In this document: one piece after another, positions 8,667 to 13,944 of the stretch
Position numbering within the stretch: the first letter of the stretch is position 1
Layout of the letters: every line of letters begins with the position of its first letter
Sequence record: PP526765
Reading direction: 5' to 3' (one strand)
DNA: 64,000 bases
From: Escherichia phage HK3
Position numbers and translations under genes: made by a program
The notes under the pieces: model-generated
The model's input: only the letters and a program-made list of their open reading frames with translations
Databases searched by the model: none
Told to the model about the DNA's origin: nothing

Positions 8667-8740
8667 CAGAAGACCAATTACAGCAAACTTAATCTTATTC
8701 ATCTGAAGGTAAATCGGACAAAGAAGAGATTTGGTCTGGT
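8667..8740 (+). ncRNA. inter-tRNA structured element a (conserved terminal helix)
   Basis: 5' CAGAAGACCAATTACAGCAA ... 3' TTGGTCTGG; terminal 7-bp helix AGACCAA/TTGGTCT. Confidence 0.45.
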
Positions 8741-8750
8741 CATTAAGAAT

Positions 8751-8827
8751 TGCGGGTATAGAGAAAGGGCGTCTCACATGTCTCATTAGCATGGTATCGG
8801 CAGGTTCGACTCCTGCACCCGCCTCCA
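8751..8827 (+). tRNA. tRNA-Met (anticodon CAU; 1:72 mismatch)
   Basis: manual fold: anticodon stem CATGT/GCATG loop CTCATTA, T-arm GCAGG-TTCGACT-CCTGC, acceptor TGCGGGT/ACCCGCC with U1xC72 mismatch, CCA. Confidence 0.6.
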
Positions 8828-8833
8828 AATTTA

Positions 8834-8897
8834 CAGAAGACCGTTTACAGCAATATTTATTAAATTTTTAGCGGAAAAATTGAAAGATACGGTCTGG
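8834..8897 (+). ncRNA. inter-tRNA structured element b
   Basis: 5' CAGAAGACCGTTTACAGCAA ... 3' ACGGTCTGG; helix AGACCGT/ACGGTCT (compensatory to element a); internal hairpin AATTTTT-AGCGG-AAAAATT. Confidence 0.45.
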
Positions 8898-8910
8898 TAA
8901 TACTAAACAT

Positions 8911-8987
8911 GGTTAGGAAGCACATAAGGTATGTGCGGTCGCCTGTTAAGCGAATGGCACAGGGTTCGAATCCCTGACTAACCGCCA
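8911..8987 (+). tRNA. tRNA-Asn (anticodon GUU)
   Basis: manual fold: acceptor GGTTAGG/ACTAACC, anticodon loop CTGTTAA, T-arm CAGGG-TTCGAAT-CCCTG, CCA. Confidence 0.7.
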
Positions 8988-9058
8988 AATTTAGGAGAGA
9001 AGCGATTGCTCACCGATTTGTAAGGTGCAAGTCCTTAGCCTGAATAGAATAATAAAAT

Positions 9059-9145
9059 GTGTCGTTATCCCGTAGATGGTAGCGGTGGGGACTGTAAATC
9101 CCTTGTCATTGAGACTCGGTAGGTTCGACTCCTACACGGCACACC
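9059..9145 (+). tRNA. tRNA-Tyr (anticodon GUA), long variable arm
   Basis: manual fold: acceptor GTGTCGT/ACGGCAC, anticodon stem GGGGA/TCCCT loop CTGTAAA, 15-nt variable arm, T-arm GTAGG-TTCGACT-CCTAC, CCA. Confidence 0.7.
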
Positions 9146-9207
9146 AATTTTGAGAGGGCTATTTAGCCCCTCCCTTAAAGAGTTCTTACGAGTACCCTTT
9201 AAAGGAG

Positions 9208-9281
9208 CAGAAGACCAAATACAGCAAGTTACTTAAAATTTCAAGCCAATTCAATTTTGAAAAATTTAAAACTTGGTCTGG
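9208..9281 (+). ncRNA. inter-tRNA structured element c
   Basis: 5' CAGAAGACCAAATACAGCAA ... 3' TTGGTCTGG; same terminal helix. Confidence 0.45.
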
Positions 9282-9294
9282 CTCAACAAATTTA

Positions 9295-9425
9295 CAGAAG
9301 ACCGTTTACAGCAAAACTTAAACAATCTATTTCTCGGTAAAGAAAAGGTGAAGGTTCGATTCCTTCACTCGGCAGATGTCGAGTTGGTGTAATGGTAGCA
9401 CTTAAGATGATAAACAACGGTCTGG
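9295..9425 (+). ncRNA. candidate Y-RNA-like (YrlA-like) RNA: terminal helix enclosing circularly permuted tRNA-like domain
   Basis: 5' CAGAAGACCGTTTACAGCAA ... 3' ACGGTCTGG helix; inside: T-arm GTGAAGG-TTCGATT-CCTTCAC (9348-9368), closed acceptor-like hairpin ACTCGGC-AGAT-GTCGAGT (9367-9384), D-arm GTGT-AATGGTA-GCAC (9387-9401); no anticodon arm. Confidence 0.5.
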
Positions 9426-9576
9426 TAATTATCTTTGCAGTAGCTTATGTGGCTAATTATATCGTCCCATGAGTGCCGATGAATTTCCTTAGCATGATTC
9501 TAGATTAGCTTAATAGGAAATGACTCTACAGACCCTTTAGCAAGGTCTGCGTAGGTTACTGCAAAGATAATTTAAT

Positions 9577-9652
9577 AGAAGTGTAGCAGAATGGTGATGC
9601 GGCAGACTTTTAATCTGATAGGTGATGGGTTCGAATCCCTCCACTTCTACCA
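9577..9652 (+). tRNA. tRNA-Lys (anticodon UUU)
   Basis: manual fold: acceptor AGAAGTG/CACTTCT, anticodon stem GCAGA/TCTGA loop CTTTTAA, CCA; T-stem weak (3 bp); homologous to Lys-CUU gene with compensatory changes. Confidence 0.6.
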
Positions 9653-9656
9653 ATAT

Positions 9657-9733
9657 GGTTCAGTCGCAGATAAGGTAATGCAGGGGTCTCATAAGCCCTA
9701 TGAATGTGGGTTCGATTCCCATCTGAGCCTCCA
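9657..9733 (+). tRNA. tRNA with anticodon CAU (Met or Ile-lysidine type)
   Basis: manual fold: acceptor GGTTCAG/CTGAGCC, anticodon stem GGGGT/GCCCT loop CTCATAA, T-arm GTGGG-TTCGATT-CCCAT, CCA. Confidence 0.65.
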
Positions 9734-9735
9734 AT

Positions 9736-9811
9736 GCTGTGAAAGCACATATGGATGTGCATTCGGCTGATAACCGAAAGGAAGAAGGTTCGAATCCTTC
9801 TCACAGTACCA
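9736..9811 (+). tRNA. tRNA-Ile (anticodon GAU)
   Basis: manual fold: acceptor GCTGTGA/TCACAGT, D-arm GCAC-ATATGGAT-GTGC, anticodon stem TTCGG/CCGAA loop CTGATAA, T-arm GAAGG-TTCGAAT-CCTTC, CCA. Confidence 0.8.
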
Positions 9812-9826
9812 ATTTCAATAAAGTTG

Positions 9827-9855
9827 TTGACATTGAGATGTGACCACTTTATAGT
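9827..9855 (+). promoter_or_regulatory. sigma70-like promoter (TTGACA-17-TATAGT) internal to tRNA region
   Basis: TTGACA 9827-9832, TATAGT 9850-9855. Confidence 0.6.
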
Positions 9856-10058
9856 AACCTTAGTTTTCGTTGCGTAGCGTCTATTTTGCAAATTTAAAAT
9901 AAATGCAAACGACAATGTTTTTCTGGCAGTAGCTTGATAGGCTAAACACCAGTGAGGTCTTCCAATCCCTCATCAAAGAATTTGGCGTACTAGCCCACGG
10001 TATGATTAATAAGGTGGGCATCTTTAAGGGTTTTTTAAGAGAGTCTTTAAAGATTAAT

Positions 10059-10135
10059 GCACCCTTAGTTCAACTGGACAGAACAAATGACTTCTAATCA
10101 TTAGGTTACAGGTTCGAATCCTGTAGGGTGTGCCA
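10059..10135 (+). tRNA. tRNA-Arg (anticodon UCU)
   Basis: manual fold: acceptor GCACCCT/AGGGTGT, D-arm GTTC-AACTGGACA-GAAC, anticodon stem AATGA/TCATT loop CTTCTAA, T-arm ACAGG-TTCGAAT-CCTGT, CCA. Confidence 0.8.
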
Positions 10136-10277
10136 AATAGTTAGCAGATTGCTTAGACGACCTTATCGGGTCTCCGTGTAGGGAGGTGGTCTGTATCTCA
10201 TGTTTTCCAGAACATGTAAATAATCTGAGAAGGGGCTTTACAGTGTTGAGATAATACGGTAAGCTTCGAATTATAGT

Positions 10278-10360
10278 ATGGGACGATGTTAAGACTCTAA
10301 GGCATGAGCAACGGCTTCCAACACCGTTTCAAAGGGATTCAACTCCTCCGTCCCATGCCA
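10278..10360 (+). tRNA. atypical tRNA-like gene (possible tRNA-Trp, anticodon CCA) with extra nucleotides between acceptor and D-arm
   Basis: perfect 7-bp acceptor ATGGGAC/GTCCCAT + G + CCA; anticodon-like loop TTCCAAC; D-region 8 nt longer than canonical; weak T-stem. Confidence 0.3.
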
Positions 10361-10373
10361 AAGTCTTATTAGG

Positions 10374-10461
10374 GGTAGGTAGCGGCTAATGGTAGCCAAA
10401 CTGTCTTGAAAACAGTTGCCACTGTAGAGATACGGTGAGGGTTCGACTCCTTTACTTACCG
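10374..10461 (+). tRNA. tRNA-Ser (anticodon UGA), long variable arm
   Basis: manual fold: acceptor GGTAGGT/ACTTACC, anticodon stem ACTGT/ACAGT loop CTTGAAA, about 20-nt variable arm, T-arm GAGGG-TTCGACT-CCTTT. Confidence 0.7.
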
Positions 10462-10617
10462 CCTAATAAGATTTAAAGCCAAGCTTCATTCGGATGTTGC
10501 TTTGGTATCCCTCGTGTATTGTCGTACACACTGATAAAGCACCTAGTAGGTGTCACGGAGAAGAGATAATATCAAGCTCTCCAAAGGTTCTAGTCACCGG
10601 ATTAAACAAGACTATGC

Positions 10618-10639
10618 AAAGACCTGTTTAGGTCTTTTT
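10618..10639 (+). terminator. terminator-like hairpin within tRNA region
   Basis: AAAGACC-TGTTTA-GGTCTTT followed by TTT. Confidence 0.3.
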
Positions 10640-10718
10640 AGAGGGCTTCTAAGGTTATTACAGCTTGTTGTGGAACCTTGTTGCTTAGGTTCTTAGAAGT
10701 TCTCTAAAAAGATTTAAT

Positions 10719-10795
10719 GCACCTATAGCCCAACTGGTAGAGGCAGCAGACTTAGAATCTGCTCAGTGTGAGTTCGAATCTCTCTAGGTGTACCA
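10719..10795 (+). tRNA. tRNA with anticodon UAG (Leu by code) but short variable arm
   Basis: manual fold: acceptor GCACCTA/TAGGTGT, anticodon stem GCAGA/TCTGC loop CTTAGAA, 5-nt variable loop, T-loop TTCGAAT, A73, CCA. Confidence 0.55.
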
Positions 10796-10802
10796 AATTA
10801 AT

Positions 10803-10878
10803 GCAGGTGTAGCAAAATGGTTATGCGGCTGACTCTTAATCAGTAAGACGATGGTTTCAATTCCCTCCACCTGTACCA
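10803..10878 (+). tRNA. tRNA-Lys (anticodon CUU)
   Basis: manual fold: acceptor GCAGGTG/CACCTGT, anticodon stem GCTGA/TCAGT loop CTCTTAA, CCA; paralog of Lys-UUU with compensatory stem changes. Confidence 0.6.
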
Positions 10879-10884
10879 GACATT

Positions 10885-10960
10885 GGGGATGTAGTTTACA
10901 TGGTTAAAACATAAGTTTTGCAAACTTAAGTACAGGGTTCAATTCCCTGCTTCTCCACCA
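10885..10960 (+). tRNA. tRNA-Ala (anticodon UGC)
   Basis: manual fold: acceptor GGGGATG/CTTCTCC with G3-U70 wobble (Ala identity), D-arm GTTT-ACATGGTTA-AAAC, anticodon stem TAAGT/ACTTA loop TTTGCAA, T-arm CAGGG-TTCAATT-CCCTG, CCA. Confidence 0.7.
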
Positions 10961-10966
10961 ATTAGT

Positions 10967-11041
10967 GCATCCATAGTTTAAACGGGAAAATTACAGTCTT
11001 CCAAACTGAGGTTGAGGGTTCGATTCCCTCTGGATGCTCCA
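10967..11041 (+). tRNA. tRNA-Gly (anticodon UCC)
   Basis: manual fold: acceptor GCATCCA/TGGATGC, anticodon loop CTTCCAA, T-arm GAGGG-TTCGATT-CCCTC, CCA. Confidence 0.7.
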
Positions 11042-11047
11042 AATAAT

Positions 11048-11124
11048 GCTGCTTTCGTATAATTGGCTATTACACATCCCTTGTAAGGATGGAAATGCAG
11101 GTTCGAGTCCTGTGAGCAGCACCA
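11048..11124 (+). tRNA. tRNA-Thr (anticodon UGU)
   Basis: manual fold: acceptor GCTGCTT/GAGCAGC, anticodon stem CATCC/GGATG loop CTTGTAA, T-arm GCAGG-TTCGAGT-CCTGT, CCA. Confidence 0.75.
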
Positions 11125-11219
11125 ATTCAGAGGTCAAGTGAAAGACCGCTGGTGTCAACTGAAGACCGTAACAAATTCCACGGAGTTGAGTTAGCGGCAC
11201 AACTTCAGACCTCTTTCAT

Positions 11220-11294
11220 ACTCGCTTAGTTTATATGGTAAAACACCACCCTTACAAGATGAAGAAAAAGGTTCAAGTCCTTTAGTGAGTACCA
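11220..11294 (+). tRNA. tRNA-like gene, possible tRNA-Val (anticodon UAC); weak anticodon stem
   Basis: acceptor ACTCGCT/AGTGAGT, D-arm GTTT-ATATGGTA-AAAC, T-arm AAAGG-TTCAAGT-CCTTT, CCA; anticodon stem only 3/5 paired. Confidence 0.4.
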
Positions 11295-11295
11295 T

Positions 11296-11373
11296 GTTCC
11301 AATATCCCAATTGGCAGAGGATGCAAGCTCAAACCTTGTACTAGTGACGGTTCGAATCCGTCTTGGAACACCA
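11296..11373 (+). tRNA. tRNA with anticodon CAA (Leu by code) but short variable arm
   Basis: manual fold: acceptor GTTCCAA/TTGGAAC, Leu-like D-loop AATTGGCAGAG, anticodon stem GCAAG/CTTGT loop CTCAAAC, 6-nt variable loop, T-arm GACGG-TTCGAAT-CCGTC, A73, CCA. Confidence 0.55.
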
Positions 11374-11487
11374 ATTTTGGGAGAGCACTATGAGTGATAA
11401 GTCAATAGCAAAAAAGTTTAGAGCGTCATACCTAAACAGACGTAAAAACAAAGATTGTGAAAAACTGTATGGTGTTCTTGTAGGTAA

Positions 11488-11563
11488 GCAGGATTAGTTC
11501 AAATGGATAGAGCAGCAGTCTACGAAGCTGTTAATAGGGGTTCGAATCCCTTATCCTGCGCCA
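11488..11563 (+). tRNA. tRNA-Arg (anticodon ACG)
   Basis: manual fold: acceptor GCAGGAT/ATCCTGC, D-arm GTTC-AAATGGATA-GAGC, anticodon stem GCAGT/GCTGT loop CTACGAA, T-arm AGGGG-TTCGAAT-CCCTT, CCA. Confidence 0.75.
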
Positions 11564-11582
11564 ATTTTAAGAGGCTATTTAG

Positions 11583-12140
11583 ATGAGATATTTGAAGTAT
11601 GCTTCATGGATTTTCCTAGCTTTGTTAGACCCATTGGCAGCAACCTTAGCAGTTATCTTAGCACCTTTTGTAGTTCCATTCTACAGTGAGAAGAAAGGGC
11701 ACTTACCTTTCGGCTTCAGATGGATGGAGACATATGACAACCCAATTGATGGTGATAAAGGTCATGTTGAACGATGGGCTAAGATTAGAAAGATTGGTAA
11801 GCTTGGTGTCTATATGCAGAGAGTCGGTTGGCTCTGGAGAAACAAAGCTTATAACTTCTCTTACCATGTGTTAGGAAGAGATGTAAAAGATGTTACTAAG
11901 TGGAAAGGTAATATCAACGTAAGCTCTGACCCTGAAGATAATCAGACAGGTTATCTCCTAATGTGGAACAGTAATGCTTGGGGATTATTCGCTTTTATCC
12001 CATCAATTAAAGTCTTTGGTAAACAATTCTACTGGAGAATTTATATTGGGTGGAAACTAAAAAGTGTTGTCCCAGAAGAAAGAGCATTCTCAAGGGAAAG
12101 AGTTATGTTGGCATTCTTTATTCATCCACTGAGAAAGTAA
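11583..12140 (+). CDS. hypothetical membrane-anchored protein embedded in tRNA array
   Basis: 185 aa, ATG with AAGAGG upstream; N-terminal hydrophobic segment ASWIFLALLDPLAATLAVILAPFVVPF. Confidence 0.5.
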   Translation: MRYLKYASWIFLALLDPLAATLAVILAPFVVPFYSEKKGHLPFGFRWMETYDNPIDGDKGHVERWAKIRKIGKLGVYMQRVGWLWRNKAYNFSYHVLGRDVKDVTKWKGNINVSSDPEDNQTGYLLMWNSNAWGLFAFIPSIKVFGKQFYWRIYIGWKLKSVVPEERAFSRERVMLAFFIHPLRK

Positions 12141-12148
12141 AGATTTAA

Positions 12149-12224
12149 AGGGGATTAGTTTACAAGGTTAAAACCTCGGTCTTTGAAATCGAAGAAGTTG
12201 GTTCAATTCCAACATCCCCCGCCA
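12149..12224 (+). tRNA. tRNA-Gln (anticodon UUG)
   Basis: manual fold: acceptor AGGGGAT/ATCCCCC (A1xC72), D-arm GTTT-ACAAGGTTA-AAAC, anticodon stem TCGGT/ATCGA loop CTTTGAA, T-arm GTTGG-TTCAATT-CCAAC, CCA. Confidence 0.65.
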
Positions 12225-12226
12225 AT

Positions 12227-12305
12227 GCTCCATTACTCCAATTGGCAGAGAGGCCAGACTTAAAATCTGTGTTATGTATCGGTTCGAATCCGATATGGAG
12301 TACCA
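12227..12305 (+). tRNA. tRNA with anticodon UAA (Leu by code) but short variable arm
   Basis: manual fold: acceptor GCTCCAT/ATGGAGT, Leu-like D-loop AATTGGCAGAG, anticodon loop CTTAAAA, 7-nt variable loop, T-arm ATCGG-TTCGAAT-CCGAT, A73, CCA. Confidence 0.55.
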
Positions 12306-12310
12306 AATTT

Positions 12311-12386
12311 AGCGGTATAGCATAACTGGCAATGCAACAGTCTCTGAAGCTGTCTTATTAAGGTTCAAATCCTTATGCCGCTGCCA
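12311..12386 (+). tRNA. tRNA-Gln (anticodon CUG)
   Basis: manual fold: acceptor AGCGGTA/TGCCGCT, D-arm GCAT-AACTGGCA-ATGC, anticodon stem ACAGT/GCTGT loop CTCTGAA, T-arm TAAGG-TTCAAAT-CCTTA, CCA. Confidence 0.7.
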
Positions 12387-12417
12387 CTTCTAAGGATTCT
12401 TACGAGAGTCCTTAAAT

Positions 12418-12493
12418 GTGGCCTTATCATAAACGGTAATGACCCATGCTGTGAACATGGTCTATACGGGTTCAAATCCCGTAGGTCACCCCA
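12418..12493 (+). tRNA. tRNA-His (anticodon GUG)
   Basis: manual fold: acceptor GTGGCCT/AGGTCAC, D-arm TCAT-AAACGGTA-ATGA, anticodon stem CCATG/CATGG loop CTGTGAA, T-arm ACGGG-TTCAAAT-CCCGT, C73, CCA. Confidence 0.75.
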
Positions 12494-12498
12494 ATTTA

Positions 12499-12575
12499 TA
12501 GTCCAAGTAGCTTATATGGTTAAAGCGCGTGTCTGAAAAACATGAGAAGAGGGTTCAAATCCCACTGGATTACCA
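12499..12575 (+). tRNA. tRNA-Phe (anticodon GAA); acceptor/D junction atypical
   Basis: D-arm GCTT-ATATGGTTA-AAGC, anticodon stem CGTGT/ACATG loop CTGAAAA, T-loop TTCAAAT; acceptor TAGTCCA/TGGATTA leaves 4 nt before D-stem. Confidence 0.5.
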
Positions 12576-12591
12576 ATTTCAAAGGTGCTTA

Positions 12592-13326
12592 ATGAAAGAG
12601 ATGACAGAACAAGGTAAGGAGATTTTTAATCTCTTAAAAACTGGTAAAGGGTTTTCTAACCCCCTTATTACTGGTGCAGCAGTTCTCGGTGGAACCGTAG
12701 CTGCCTCTACATCACTTGTAAGCTCTATTAGCTCTGTAACAGACCCTACAATAAAGGATAAACTTATTGCTGCTGGACTTACAACAGTTCTGCTTAACAG
12801 CTTTACAACGAGTCTGACAAGCACTACAGCAACTACTAAGACCCTAACAGACTATGGTCAAAAATCTATTGATGAGTTTTCATCACGTATGCAGGTAGCA
12901 AAGGGATACTCCAATGTTATGGGTGCAGTAGGAGAACAAGTTGGTTGTACACCATTTAGTGGTATTATGGGTGTTGCTACAGAGTATGGTCAAAAAGCTA
13001 TGGATACAATTAACAGCACACTAGATGGCGTTAATGATGTATTAAGCGACTTACAGGATGCTATTGATAAAGGTCTTAATACTATTTCTGATTTAGCTAA
13101 CCAAGCTGTTAGTAAGATTAATGAAGGTATCTCAAAGATTACAGCTTATGCAGATGAAGTTGTGCAGATGATTGAAGAAGAAGCTGCCCTTATTGCAGAG
13201 TACCTTAAAACGAATATCAATGGGTTCTTAGCAGGTATCTTACCAGACTGGTTTGATGATGCTTGTAAAACTGGTGTGATTGACACTATTGCAACACCAG
13301 AAATGAAGAACGCATTACAGAAATAA
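12592..13326 (+). CDS. hypothetical Ser/Thr-rich protein
   Basis: ATG at 12592 with AAAGGTG upstream (track ORF from 12529 would overlap tRNA-Phe); 244 aa. Confidence 0.5.
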   Translation: MKEMTEQGKEIFNLLKTGKGFSNPLITGAAVLGGTVAASTSLVSSISSVTDPTIKDKLIAAGLTTVLLNSFTTSLTSTTATTKTLTDYGQKSIDEFSSRMQVAKGYSNVMGAVGEQVGCTPFSGIMGVATEYGQKAMDTINSTLDGVNDVLSDLQDAIDKGLNTISDLANQAVSKINEGISKITAYADEVVQMIEEEAALIAEYLKTNINGFLAGILPDWFDDACKTGVIDTIATPEMKNALQK

Positions 13327-13327
13327 C

Positions 13328-13420
13328 GGAAGATTAACCCTAAAAGGTAAGGGAGCAGTTTGCTAAACTGCCAGTAGCTGAGAAATCGGTGTACCAGTTC
13401 AAGTCTGGTATCTTCCTCCA
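13328..13420 (+). tRNA. tRNA-Ser (anticodon GCU), long variable arm
   Basis: manual fold: acceptor GGAAGAT/ATCTTCC, anticodon stem GCAGT/ACTGC loop TTGCTAA, long variable arm, T-arm ACCAG-TTCAAGT-CTGGT, CCA. Confidence 0.7.
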
Positions 13421-13424
13421 ATTT

Positions 13425-13500
13425 GAATCCGTGACAGAAATGGCTATGTACCTGTCTGCAAAACAGGTTTATAAGGGTTCGAGTCCCTTCGGATTCTCCA
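13425..13500 (+). tRNA. tRNA-Cys (anticodon GCA)
   Basis: manual fold: acceptor GAATCCG/CGGATTC, anticodon stem CCTGT/ACAGG loop CTGCAAA, T-arm AAGGG-TTCGAGT-CCCTT, U73 (Cys identity), CCA. Confidence 0.75.
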
Positions 13501-13537
13501 AGTTATTTTACTCTCTCTCAATTAAAATAATAATAAT

Positions 13538-13597
13538 GCCCTGCTATAAGTATTCTTCCTTTCGCTACCGAAGAGTATTTTTAGACAGGGCTTTTTT
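13538..13597 (+). terminator. rho-independent terminator after tRNA array
   Basis: long imperfect hairpin GCCCTG...CAGGGC followed by TTTTTT (13592-13597). Confidence 0.6.
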
Positions 13598-13662
13598 ACA
13601 GAGTTATACTTTATAAGAAGACTTATACAGTATGTCTCTGACGTACATTGTGGTTTCTCCTT

Positions 13663-13686
13663 GACGGTCTCTGTACCGTCTTTTTT
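13663..13686 (+). terminator. rho-independent terminator
   Basis: GACGGT-CTCTGT-ACCGTC followed by TTTTTT. Confidence 0.6.
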
Positions 13687-13722
13687 AAGGAGAAACATGG
13701 TTAATTATTTGGAGAAAACATA

Positions 13723-13923
13723 ATGAGCGAGACCGTTTATAAAGAACTTTATGAAGCCAATAAAAAGCTGGAATTTATGCAGACTACTATTATGGCAATT
13801 GCAGACAGATTGTCTGTAGCAACAGGTATTGATATCAAAGAAGCCTCTATGGATGCACTTCTTGATGCTGTTGATGCAAAGTTCGAAGTTAAGAAAGAAG
13901 AGACTGCTACAGACTCTGAATAA
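13723..13923 (+). CDS. hypothetical small protein preceding large terminase
   Basis: 66 aa, ATG with GGAG RBS; position compatible with small terminase but too short to assert. Confidence 0.4.
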   Translation: MSETVYKELYEANKKLEFMQTTIMAIADRLSVATGIDIKEASMDALLDAVDAKFEVKKEETATDSE

Positions 13924-13944
13924 TTCTATTTGCGGAGGTGCTTA

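Noticed and set aside
8990-9058. Possible additional tRNA between tRNA-Asn and tRNA-Tyr
   Set aside because: Only a T-arm-like hairpin (TAAGG-TGCAAGT-CCTTA) is present; no acceptor or anticodon stems could be paired.
10462-10718. Search for a missing tRNA-Asp (GUC) in unassigned spacers
   Set aside because: No GTC anticodon loop with flanking stems and acceptor pairing found by eye; Asp may be absent or lie outside the window.
8577-11200. Track ORFs 8577..8828(-), 9610..9915(-), 10991..11200(-) inside the tRNA array
   Set aside because: They run antisense across several well-folded tRNA genes and have no RBS; treated as spurious.
12529-12591. 5' extension of track ORF 12529..13326
   Set aside because: It would overlap tRNA-Phe and starts at GTG; an ATG with RBS at 12592 is more plausible.
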